Shown here piece by piece: positions 51,352-64,000 of a stretch of 64,000 nucleotides of DNA. The notes beneath the pieces were generated by a model, which had not been told where the DNA came from, ran no database searches, and saw only the letters and a program-made list of their open reading frames with translations. Location of the stretch: assembly GCA_051362555.1 (NCBI GenBank), contig CM120646.1, forward strand, positions 5,890,001-5,954,000, given 5' to 3'. Position 1 is the first letter of the stretch. Every line of letters begins with the position of its first letter. The position numbers and the translations under genes were made by a program. The stretch comes from Lingula anatina. Its lineage: Eukaryota; Animalia; Brachiopoda.

Positions 51352-53676
51352 AATACTTCGGACGTTTTACAACGACTCGGAGTCGAGTAGTGTGAACTTT
51401 CCGAGGTTGATTAGTCTAAATAGTTTTCCAATAAAGATCGATACTTTCATGAATGTCGGTCTAGTAAACAAGACACCATATAACCGGAAATGACGTTTAC
51501 CTGTGTATTACTGATAGATTTTCTAAACCAGGCAAAAAATACCCTCTAAACCGGGCACAAAAAGTCCTCTTATATGCAAAGGCAGACTTATTAGAAACCG
51601 AAAGCATAAAAAACGCCCAGACTGTGTTCATGATCTAGAAATGGATGCCTGATTGACGCATTGTTTGTGTATAAAGAATGGAATATAAGGAGTTATCCAA
51701 ACGACAAAAGTTCACTTCTGAATTTCAGATGAACCACCTCTTAAACTATTTAAGATACGAATCACGGTATCATGAAATGTGGGTAAGTTGTAGTGTCAAT
51801 TACGCTTACCGATGTGTTAAATGTTTCGCTAGTTCCAGAATTAGCAGTCTCCGGAATTAGAGGAAGTGCGCATTTGCATCAGGTATAATTTTATCTTTAG
51901 TCTAACGAAAATAAAATGAGAAACAAACCCCTGAGCGATCGATAACAGTCACTAATATGGTCCGGTTAGTTAACCACAAGGCGGTCACGCACTCAAATGG
52001 AACCGACACCTGCAAATGGCCAAAACTACGGCTATAGACCTACTAGTATTTCAACCACAAGTGTATTAAAACCTTTTTTCTAGGAAAATTTAACGAAGTC
52101 GTTACTGGATGCAGAATTGCTGTGCTGCGCCGGATTAAGACATGACGTCACACGTGTGCAAGCAACGTCCAGGGAGCTTAGCTATGACCCATTAGCAGAG
52201 TGAAATCATCCATTAATATGCTCAGCTGATGAGAATCTCAGGCACAATGGACTGAAATGGTGAAACTGAACAATTGTTTCTAACTGAACAATTTTTTCTA
52301 ACCTAGCGCTCTATGTGCTCTCCAAAGGCTTTTGTAGATGTAAATGAAGGGCAGCGAGGTTTCACTTTTACCGCTTCCAGGTCAGAAAGAAACTGTTGTA
52401 CAACTAAAATTATAATTCGTGACTTTGTAAACCCACAGTGCTGGTCCACTATTTGTATGTTATGTACGCATATGCTGATTGGTGCTGTCACGATAATAAA
52501 TTATCTAAACTCGAACTCAAATTTTAATATTTTAAAAATATTTTATTGGTCTTTGAACACTTACAAAATGGGTATGAACTCAAATTTTTTTTATATTAGT
52601 GATATAGACTCTATCTTTATATATAATTAAAAACACATGTATGCATACAGTTATATTTTCTGACAATCAATACTGTGGCGTTTAGTTCTGTTTCTAGTAT
52701 GTTTGAATAAACATATACATGTTAAGGCTGTGAATGTTTTATTTGAATACTCAATGGATAGCTTTGTGGTTCACAGTGAATCGCTGTGCTTCTTTCTCTA
52801 ATGCATATTTATATTTTGTGACATATCTGGCAATTGCCTTTATCTTTGTGTTTTTTTATCAAATGTCATCCGTGTTCCGAAATGCACTACTGCCTCTTTT
52901 AGGGGTATGTCAAGCTTTCCACACAATGGTCTGTCTTTAACGTGCATAATGTGATATTGTGAGGAGAAATGCACTTCGTCCTTCCATCACATAAAGCTAT
53001 TCTTTTAAATGGGGTACTAGGAGTGGCTTTTTGTATCCCCGCCTCGTAATTAAAGCCTTGCTAAGTGGTTGAGCTCATATTTTGGGATTTCGAATTTGCC
53101 ATTTGTTTCAATTTTGTAGTAAGTGGAACAACTAATATGATCGAAGAATTCCATTTTCTCTATGCATATATTTCTTTAGAAAATAGGTCTTAAGTAGTGT
53201 GTTTTAAAAAATCTTGTGTATGGTGCAGCAGTGAATCTCACTTGTTAGTAATTAATTATTACAAATGTATAAAAGTTGGTATTGCCCACCATTGTATGAG
53301 ATGGCCGATTTGCCACCGTGTCTAATGAACTCCATCAATTCTACATTGCCTGTAACATATTCTGGTACGTAAGAATTGAACAATGTCTCCAATTCAGACA
53401 TCTTTCTAAGAGTAGCTGTATCACAGAGTCACAAAGTGCAGTCACAGAAACTGCAGACACAGAATGATGTGTTTTAGTTTCCGTGTTCACTGATTGTGCG
53501 TCCTCTCCTTGAATAAACTTTTAGCGCCTTTCGTGCACAACTGCACTGCCAAGGCAACGACGTGGAAGCACATCAAAGTGCGCATGCGCTGTCTTCTCAA
53601 CTGACCATTCCAATGTCCCGTACACTTACATGTAACAAACTGAGGTATATGGTATTCGGAACCCTGTTGTCATGAT

Positions 53677-56600
53677 TCACTTCAAACTTTGGACCCGAGT
53701 TGTACTGACACGCCCTTGCTTTGTTGTCTTGAGGAACTTTCCACCAACAACCGCCCCAACGGCCTCGATCACATGCAGCAGAGTCAGAACACTAGCCCCA
53801 ATAAACAAACCCATCTGGCCTCCTATGTCGCCTGGAAAATAAAAAGTAAGTGAAGGTGAAGGTCGAAGCGTTTTAATACTTAGTTGAATGGCGTGGTTGG
53901 CGCTTTAGTAATTGCTAGTGCCTGTATGATACCTAATGTATCCGTGAAGTGTTGTACATGTACTGTGTTCGATCAGGGACATGTCACTCAAGATAATTTA
54001 AGTCAAAGGTCGGTAATAATTTAAAGACTTACAATTAAACATTCTACATAATTTAAGTCAAAAGTCTGTCTTAATTCAAAGAATAAAAAATCAAGGCCTG
54101 CTTGACCATTGAGATATCAGTATATTCATTTGTATACTGCAATGGGATCTTTCTGGGTTCACTGATATTTTTGGTCTTTAAGTTAAAAACAAACTCTTGA
54201 GCTGTTAATGTGTTGAACGATTTTAGACTAAAATTCTAATCCTGATGATTACAACTGGAAGCATATCAACATCGACGATCTCTTAAATGACTGGCAATTG
54301 AAATAAGTGATGGTTTTACTAACTAAGCAGTGCTGGTATGGAATATGCTTTGATTTGTCTGATGGTCTCATAGCACAGCTCTTCGTAATAGATGTTCAGC
54401 ACCAGCAGGTTATCTCTGCTGAAAATAGAAACTAATTGTAGTTACAGTAAATGTCAATTAACAATTAATACTAATTTTTTCAAATTGTTACTAACCATTA
54501 TTTCTTTCTTAAAACATATCAATTCTTTTCAATGCAACAAGTAATAATAAAATTATAATAAACGTTTTGCGGGTTTCACCATCAAAATTCAAAGATGTGC
54601 TTTTATATAACATTATCCATTGGTGATATTTGTCTTATTTATCGGTTGGATAATTATAAAACATTGTTTTGAACTCAATCTGAAATACTGTATCTCTAAT
54701 ATAACAAGAATTTAACGAAAATCAGGATATTAATTCATAATAACGGTTCTACCTTTGGAGCTCAGTTTCACTTTCGACTTAAAGCATTCTCGCACGCTGT
54801 CTCTCTCTCTCTCACACACACAAATACGCACACGCTCTTGCGATCAAAGAAATTAGATAACCTTAGTGTTTCCCGTTTAACTTGCGGGTTATTTTCGGCT
54901 ATGATATCTAAGGTAGTATCTCGAAGCCTTACGGAAGAGATGTCTCGCCTATAAGTGGTCATATCACATGGATTCTGACAGGAGCACAAGTCTGAGTGCT
55001 CCACTTCCTCTGAAACAACAGGGTAATAATAATAATAATAATAATAATAATTATTATTATAATGATGATAGTAATAATAATAATGCTTATGATAATGAGA
55101 AAATAGCAAAATGGTATTTCAGCCTCACTATATGTAGGTAAATATACAATAAGATCAACATTCGTCTGATCGCATTTGAAAAACTGTGGTGCCAGTTTAA
55201 GACTTATCCGCAACGCTTTGCGCACTTTCTTCCAGAATGAGGGAAGCATGTCGCAAGTAAACTGAGGTTGTGAGAAGCTATAAAAAATCCAACATTGCCA
55301 GTGCTAGATATAATATGCATGTAGACGTTTATTTTTTACTTAACCTACCTAAGGCTGGATAGGCACATCCCATGTACATGTGTCCTAGACATACGGATGT
55401 GTTGCCTGTAATGATGTATACTGATGTAATGAAATGTATAATACGGTCTCATGTACGGCTTACAAATTGCTCTTTCTCTAGTATAAATATAAAACATGCA
55501 ATTGCCGAGTACAAAAAAGCTATTTACACAGCCGTTATGAAAACCATTTAAATGAGTGTACAAGTGTATATACACAGGTTCATTACAAACCATCTGAAAA
55601 ATAGAGAGAGAGAGAGAGAGAGAGAGAGGAGGAGAATGAGAGAGAGGGAGGGAAGAAGAGAGAGAAAGGGAAGTAAGGAGAGGGAGACAGAAAAAGAAAT
55701 AGAGGGAGGGAGGGAGCTAGGGAGAGAGAGAACGATAAAAGCAAGGAAGGAGAGAGAGAGAGAGAGAGTGGGTGGGGGGAATCACCTGGCATTTCGGCCA
55801 GCTTGCAGCCACACTCTTTTACGATGGTATCTGTTTCACACTCTATCCTACAGGCAGGGACGCTATAATGAGAGTAATATTTGAGTTTCCCTTCGTAGCA
55901 GTTTCCCCATGGAGGAACCAAGTTGTGAACCTGTAATACAGAACCATGTCATTTAATTGTTATTTACTAGGTGGCAGTGCCAGATTTTCGTAAGAGTCGG
56001 AGATCCTGATACATGGATGAGCATAACAATATTGGGACGCACAAGATATTCTCAAACAAATTGCCATTAGGTTCATTTGACAATAACGGAATAAAAATAA
56101 TTTTTCAACAAGCTGTCCAACCTTCTGTTTGTTATCACGATATCAGCTAATAATGGCCGTTGACATATCAAAAATGTAAAAAGACATTATGTAATTCTGA
56201 TTAAAGTTCTTAAATCCTACGTATTTCTTCTGTATAGCGATAAAATGGTGGTCCCCCGGTAGCACTCCAAATCCCAACTCCTTCACAAATGGAGGCTCCT
56301 CCTGAGCGTGAATAACCATCTTCAGTCCTTTACAAGAAAAAATATACAAGGGTTAAGAATTTATTCAGCCAAAAGATCAGAAATCATTTTCCTTTGCAGC
56401 AAAGTAAGATTAATGCAGAAAGAAAAAGTAATACAATAAATACATTAAGAATTAGGTTAAAAAACAAATTCAACTGCATAACTGCACTCGGATAAAAAAA
56501 ACTGTGTAAAGGCGTTTACTTCCTTTGAAGGTTAAGATTCTACATGGCACATCTCACGTACTTAAAGCGTACGGTAATTTTTCTACTTTTTGCACGAAGT

Positions 56601-59600
56601 ATTAACCCTGTCACATAGTAATTTTGACTCACTAGCTTTTATGAATGCAACACGGAATTTACAAAATTCAAAGTTACTTAGTCAATTAAACTAAAGAGTG
56701 AGCAGTAGCGTTTAGTGAATTTTCGTGTTTTTCATAGGACAATATTCATCGAATTAACATTTTTATCCATCGATGTATCCGGATTATAAAACCTACCAGC
56801 ATCTTGCCCTGCTAGGACATCCGAAGTCAAATACTCCTCTTCTTCGATGTTGATATATAACTTCAACCCGTTCCCCGCCCCCGCCTTTCGTGATACGTAT
56901 TTATAAGAGTGGTCAGCATTGAAAGTATAACAGATGCCAAAATGAGTGAAAACCGAGGTAAAGTTCTCCGGACCACAGTGCTGCCCTTTCCACGAACACA
57001 GCAGTATCATGTCTTCTAGCTGGTGGCCGGTTCGACGTATAAATTCAAGCACGTCAAAATTTTCTGAAAGTTAAACCGAAAGTCCATTATGCTACGACCA
57101 GATAACTTTTAAACAAAACTGCAATGAATAATGTAGGGTACTAAGTAACCAGAATGATCAACGTAATTTGATAAGTATTTCTTTATTGAACAGATTTTAA
57201 AACTTATAACACCCATGGCGTAGTTCATTTTATAAGAAAATAAAACCATATTCTAGATTTATAAGTATACTGACAGTCAATGAAAACGCATCATTTATTT
57301 AGCAAATAATATTTTAAGTTCCTTTGGCACATTAAGAAATAACAGTTTTCGTGTGAAATATGTGAAATATGAAATACTGGTCAGCCCACTCTCTTATGAC
57401 CAAACAAGAACTCCAAATTTCAAAATATGAAATATAACAAAATCGCAGCAATATGCCTCCGTATGAATCTGTGCTTGTATTTTGCAAAAGTAAAAAGAAT
57501 ATCTACCTTCGTCATCGTTGGCAGCTAACTCTGTCCAATTAATACCGTGTACCCAATCCACCCAGCTCTGGTTGTAATATTCTGGGTGTATAAGGCGGCG
57601 GTTTTCATCTAAAATGTGCAGTTTTTCACCAAAATGTAATATATCAACGTCTGTCAAAGCGGATAGTCTATAGGAGTTCATGTTGCATATGGTAACGGCT
57701 GGAAACTCTGCAACAAATAAAGAATTTGTTGATTATTCGATGGTATAAAAACCAGTGCTTTTTTGCACGATCGTTCCATTCCGTTAATTTTCACGTTTTG
57801 CACGAACCATGTGACGGTCAGGTGAAACAAAACAAAAGCAAGGTCATTTAGATTTTTTTTGGAAAAAATTGCCAGGGGATTGAAGCAAATAAGCATATAT
57901 TACGTTTTTACAATGTTCAGCTGAGTATGGTTTGGCAAATGACATATCAATGTTTTTCTCATAGCTTCGCAAGCACCAGGTTCGACACTTGGGCATCATC
58001 AATATCAATCTCTGGACATGTGTACGTAGGCCTATATATAAGAGTTATTTTCCCATGCTTAGGCCTACACATGATCAACATCGTGTTGTTTCTTTTGAAA
58101 AACAATACATTAGAAATAATGGCTGCTACTAGTATCTTACTTATGTGAATTTTAATTCACATTAAAAGAAATAATATGAATTTGCGGCAGTCGGCGATAT
58201 GATCGCATACAGACGGGATATTGCACCCTCTTCCCTTCCACTGTGAAATACCCCCATACTAGTGCAATGTACTCCTATTTCACACAGACCACGAATCCCA
58301 CGAATGGCGATGAATTGACAAATTTCACGATTCGTGGTTGAATCCTAATCAGTTCGTGAAGTTCTTAACAGATTCGTATATATTCGTAGTCAGTTCTTGC
58401 ACTTCTTGACCAACAGGAATGGGTGGCAAAAACTTTGATGCCACTATTTCACACAGACCACGAATCCCACGAATCGCCAGGAATTGAAAATTTGGTTGAA
58501 TCGTAATCAGTTCGTGAAGTTCTTAACAGATTCGTATATAATCGTAGTAAGTTATTGCAATTCTTGATCAATCGGGAATTCGTGGCAAAAAAATTGAGCT
58601 GTTCACAGTTTTGGCCACGAACTCCCAATTCCAAAAACTCGTAGTGAATTTCTAGACAATATTCGTGCGATTCCAGCCGAATCCCACGAATATTCGTAAC
58701 ACTATCGCACCTGTATCATAACTGAATCGTAGAGCTTGTCGAATTAGACCAGAAAATTGGCAAAATCTCACGATTCCAGCCGAATCCCACGAATATTCGT
58801 AACACTATCGTACCTGTATCGTAAGTGAATCGTGAGCGTGTCGAATAAGACCAGAAAATTGGCAAAATCTCACGAATCCTCACGAATCCTAAAATTTGTC
58901 AATTCCTGGCGATTCGTGGGATTCGTGGTCTGTGTGAAATAGGGGCCTTACAGAGTAAATGCTGTCAAAAAAAAAAAAAAAAAAAAAGCGTTTGCCGTAA
59001 TGGGGAGCATCCATGATAGTGACACACAAAACAATTCGTGTACGTACAACAGATTATAATTCGACAGGACTTAAGGGAAACGACCACACAGTATCTGTCT
59101 ATAAATTATGTCGACTTTTATTCCTTGTTGCACCCCAGTTGATAGTCTGACAATATTTTGGACCCCGTTCTCCTCAAAATACTGAGAAATCTCAAATAAT
59201 TTTACGCTACGTCACCAGACTTTGCACTAGTTACATTGCTTTCAGGTTTCTTAGACGACATAAGCTGCACATAGAGAGTTTCAAACTCAACTGTCGCTGA
59301 AAAAGTACGCAGCCCCACGCAGATTCTCGCAAGTTTTATAGTCTCGTATGACGTCACGTTCGTAACGTCCACAGTCTCGTTTTGAGGCTATTTTCATTGG
59401 AAAGTGATAACACAGAGCGAGAGATTTAACATATGTTTCCGAACATCAGCCGTTAAACGGTTGTCAGTTTAAATGGAGGGAAACAAGCCTTATAATTGCA
59501 TCGATTGTTCACCCGTATACAAGTTGTGTCTGAAATGGTTGTTAAATCAATATTTTCGTAGTGACATCTGCCACTTAGGAAGAATATTGTTGTTATTTCC

Positions 59601-61247
59601 ATAGAGATAAACCGTTTAGTCATTATTCCCCTAGCGAAGTAATATTATATTCCAATTTTTATTTCAGTCATTAGTGATCTGAGTATACAGTGTTCAAGTC
59701 CACCAGTTTACGTGGATGGATGTCACCAACACGACCGCTTTGTCAGTGTTAAAAGCATTTTCTAGTACCATGTGGCAGAGTCATTTACAGCTACATTGTA
59801 CATAATGTGGGTTTGTTTTCAGCGTAGGCCTATTTTAATTGTAAATTTAATCATTTTGAGTAGGTGCTCTTCATCCAGATGTCGCTTTAATATGATGGAA
59901 ATTTTTGTTATGTTTAGCTTTTCAATTAAGACGTACATGTAGACCTATGTCTATCAATTGAATGGTTTGGGCTTCATACATGTAGTTTAATAAAAGAGTC
60001 TATAAAATGGCGGTTGTCTTACCTAACTCCATATCGTACATCACGTCTAGCTCAGACGAGTGTGGATACTGCAGGTAATAACTCAGCCTGTCCACTGTGT
60101 TGGCGATAAAACCCGTCAGTCCCGCCAGAAAGAAAAACAACCAAAAGGTTCTGCGTAACAGTGTATAGTCTCTCCTGAAGACACGTTTCAGTCCATGGAA
60201 GTCGGTGTCTTCTCCAAATTGTTCCAGGCCTTCGCTGACGGTTCCGCTTTCTTTGCTAGCTTTTGATTCTGTGGATTCTTAAATATAAAAATTAATAAAA
60301 ATAAAGGCAATGTTTGGTGTCGATATACAAGTAAGGGTGTAATGTTGAACATTATTATGGGGTAACATAAATGTGCAATGAAATTACGTAAAATAGCTTC
60401 ACTACAAATCGTATCAGCTTCGTGTTCAGTTTTGCCAATCACACTGTATTAGTACGTATTTAATAACAAGATGATAATAAGCCACCCATGTGCGTTTTTA
60501 ATTAGAATAAAATTGATGGGTCTATAAAGGTATACGACACACTGCATTGGTTTTAGTTCTTGAACCCAGATATTATATTACGGCTATCTGTCAAACGAAG
60601 GGACGTGAAAAGATGGAGACATTTTGCATCTCCATGACCCTATGTAAGGTGAAATTAAACTGTCATTTTACTGAAAATCTGTTTGTTGCGCACAGGGTTA
60701 TGCTGATTTTTAAAAAATGAATGCTTAACCAGGGTCACCTGAGAGTAAATCTTATCTTCATTTGTGAAGTGAGTTGACAGTATATCAAACGTGATAGTCC
60801 TTCCACACATGTAACTTTTCCTTCAAATTTATCCAATAATTCTGGAGTGAAGGTACGGCTGGGATGGAAATTACTCAAACAACTGTTCAAATGGTCAAGG
60901 AATGTTATGACCGGTACAGTAACCCTCACGCACTGTCGAATAGAATGACTTTGAGTGCTAAAATGACACATCATCCACATAAGATTCTTCCTCGTTTGCG
61001 CGAGTATATAATTAGGTGATAATTATTAAGTTTTTTGAATGGTACACGTGCCAAGAAGGCGCCTCCGATTGTGATCCAGCATATCTTTTCTTCGAATTTC
61101 TTCCGTATTTCCAGATGATTTTTAAAGAATATCTAAACTGCCTTTTGGTTGCAATTTCGTAAATTTACCTTTTGTTTTGTTTTCCTCTAAAGTCTCCATT
61201 TGGACTTCGAATGCAGAAGAGCGCCGTCTTACCATCTTCTCCGACAT
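53677..61247 (-). CDS. ASIC-like DEG/ENaC channel subunit, about 501 aa. Exons 61247-61169, 60277-60023, 57707-57507, 57063-56797, 56327-56221, 55930-55786, 55405-55349, 55009-54862, 54415(or 54418)-54324, 53831-53677
   Basis: HG motif (TDFHGL), TM1 RRTFWLFFFL, FPAVTICNMN, GICYTFN, GAGNGL, PPWGNC, Cys-rich thumb, TM2 SDIGGQMGLFIGASVLT; 1506 nt in frame. Confidence 0.95.
58273..58946 (-). mobile_element. Second copy of the Harbinger-type MITE (inverted), in a channel intron
   Basis: TIRs CTATTTCACACAGACCACGAATCCCAC at about 58275 and 58444, and GTCTGTGTGAAATAGGGGC at 58946; internal duplication of about 105 bp. Confidence 0.85.
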
Positions 61248-64000
61248 AGGTTCAATTTACTTCAAAAATGACAATTTTTTCCAACAGGTCCTCAGAAGTA
61301 TTAAATAAATCAACGTGTGTGCAAATATTTTAACCAAGAAAACGTTAAATCAGTACGTAGACGATTTAGCACAACTTCAGATCAACTTCCTTATTTCTTT
61401 CGTGAAATATATAAGATTGTTTACTACGATTCATTTGTCGCAAGCAATGGAAGGACTGTATTCTCTATAATTTGACGTCATATATGCAAAATGTTTTGAT
61501 TATGACATGCTTTGTTTCAAGGAGGATTCAAATTACGGAAGGTAGGCATCTTACGTATATGTACCGGGAACAAACCAGAATGACCAACAAAATAAACGTC
61601 ATTTGCAAACGTTAACCATTATACGGTGATAAGGCTTACGCCTCTTAAATAATATTCATTATTGTCAAACCTGATAATTGAAATGAAACAAACGACTGAT
61701 TAATTTCGCTCAGTTAAGTACAGTCGAAATAATTGAATATTATCAGTAACCTAGAATAAACATTACGCTTAGATATTTACATACACACCAATTTGTTATC
61801 TTAGTAACAAGTGTTACGTAACAATAAATTAACACGGAGTGATAATGTAAATATGCACTTCTAAGGTTAACGAGTGCAAATGCTTTAAGGAATTCACGGA
61901 ATAAATTATCTATATGGATAATATTACAAAACTGACTTTGATTTTCGACAATAAAATTAGTTACTACGTCAAATAAGTAGTTCACATAGAAACGGTCACT
62001 CCTCGGACGGTTGTCCATTACGTAGATGGCTCGATCTGGTTCCTTGGAGCGGCTCAACTCCGCTCAGCGGCTCATCATAGACGACTTTCAGAATATACAC
62101 TGCATGTTTGTCTTAACTTACCCTGCTTTAGTAAATTTTATTACAATTTATGAAAATGACGGAGGCAAGTACCAGTACAGAGTTACCCTCACACACAGCT
62201 TTGTGGTTTTCGTTTTCCATTAGACTTTACCAGCTGGATTCACTTGCTGAACAATAGAATATGAAATTAGAAAGCAGTTGATTATTTCCCTCAGCATTTT
62301 TCCAGAGCAACTCTTATCTACAAATTTGGTCTGTTTCTGTGGTTAGGTTCTTCACCTTGACATCTTAACTTTTGTGTGTAACTTTCTGTGTGTGTGTGAA
62401 TTATTTATAATGCACTAATAACACGATTTTCTTAATTAACTTGAACTGTGAGTGAAAGAAAAGGAGAGGGGTTGGAAGTTATTGATAAGCATTATTTTCC
62501 ATTGTGACATTCACTTTAGGAAACGTAACGGAGGTTACTGAGCAACAGTGGTTTAATTACGCGATGCCGTAACTATACGGTCAAATATGATAAAAAAACA
62601 TAAAAACCATCAGTATGACTGTGAATAAATTGAGGAAAAACAATACTGAAAGACGAAGACATATTAGTTTTTTACCTTTTTTTGTAAGATATAAACAAGG
62701 GAAAGGGAAAGATATGTAACCCCTGGAAACAGCATTGAGACGGGCCTCAGTATAATTCCACATACTTGTAGCTTCATACCTCCGCCGAACAATATTGGGT
62801 CGCTCGAGGATTTGTCCAGGCTATTCGACCGTTCTTTATCAAGTATTTACAATATTTGCCACACACTTAAATCATCGATTCCATTAGCACTCAGCCGTTC
62901 CGCTATTGTAATCTATATCACAGGCAATAAATCCACACAGTATTAGAACTGTAATTTCAGCCAATATTTCTTACCTACGAACGTATAAACGTGGAAAATG
63001 ATTAACGGTTGTATTCTGTATGTTTTTTTTTGTATGAGAATGAAATCACTTATTGGCATGGCACATTCTGTCGATCTGCATGGTCAATGGTCACAATTCC
63101 CGCTCTTAAGGCGAAATTGTTTTGCAAGTTATATGCAGTGAAAAAATACAATATGCACAATTGATAACCCTCGAAAGCCCATGGTTCCCGACAAGCTAAC
63201 CGAAGTTCATCAGATTCAAAAAACACTCAGATATAATGACAACGGCTGTTTTTTCTCGACAGAAATTCCATTTAACAGTTCCAATTTGCCTTTTCTATCC
63301 CTTTCCTTTTATTCAAGGTGCCACTTTCATATACTCTTAATTATAAAAATTAATTTCAAATTTGAGACTTGGTCTTACTAAATTTTTTAAAATAAGTTTA
63401 ATTTTATTGGCGCTAATTAGATTTTAATCAAATGTAAACGCAGATTAAAGATTATTCTTCAAAATGTTGTGCAACCATTAATCATCAGACACAACTTTAC
63501 GGTGGTAGTCTCATCAATTTCCCGCCAAACCTTTAAGATAATGATGTATTAATATTGCCTAAATAGCTTTCAAGTGTAGAATACATAAAACAATATACAA
63601 TTACAGGTACAACTCAAACATTCCTGTTCAGATAATTGCCTCGAAAAACCTTGAACTCCGGAATAAGGCAACAGTATTGATTTCAAAAAACGATTTTCAC
63701 TGGAAGGGAAATTTTCTCATTGAGTGAAATTAACAGCATGTAAACATAAGGCGGCAAGCAAATTGATGTTTACACTCATAGGTTTTAGACTTTTTAAAGC
63801 ACTTTTCATTAAAATAATACTTATCCTTATTCAAAGCCTTAAGTCCATTTAGAATGTTTAGATGACTTTGCAAAATAATGATTTAAAATGTGCATAGAAT
63901 TCAGATAGGAAGGAACAAAATGAGCAGCTCAATATTAGATTGATAAAATATTGTAAAGGTCAGTTTAAATCCAGATCATTCAGCTATACATTAGTGTTTT

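Noticed and set aside
55345-55593. 82-aa minus-strand ORF as a channel exon
   Set aside because: Only 55405-55349, in another frame (GNTSVCLGHMYMGCAYPAL), supplies the expected thumb cysteines.
61700-64000. Short ORFs and isolated splice-like sites upstream of the channel gene
   Set aside because: No coherent gene model; possibly 5' UTR exons or intergenic DNA.

Overview
AT-rich, intron-containing genomic DNA from an invertebrate animal. Repeat types and gene content suggest a lophotrochozoan or mollusc, but this is inference only. Most ORFs in the supplied track are spurious or single exons, so the gene models were built by hand from GT-AG splice sites. Each complete model has an exon sum divisible by 3. 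On the + strand: the 3' end of glycerol-3-phosphate dehydrogenase (GPD1); four tandem type-I membrane genes with PPxY tails (one with a His/Asp-rich ectodomain, three with a single divergent CUB-like domain); an 11-exon SLC49/DIRC2-like MFS transporter; and a 3-exon gene for a 75-aa secreted peptide with 10 Cys and 12 Arg. On the - strand: a 2-exon secreted LDLa-repeat protein and a 10-exon ASIC-like DEG/ENaC channel. Non-coding DNA holds two Helentron-type (HINE-like) elements, one nested in a TTAA-flanked MITE, several MITE families, a decayed Tc1 transposase fragment, palindromes and microsatellites. Top candidates for novelty are the cationic FOLN-like peptide, the CUB-TM-PPxY cluster, the alternating half/full LDLa protein, and the ASIC-like channel with altered desensitisation residues.
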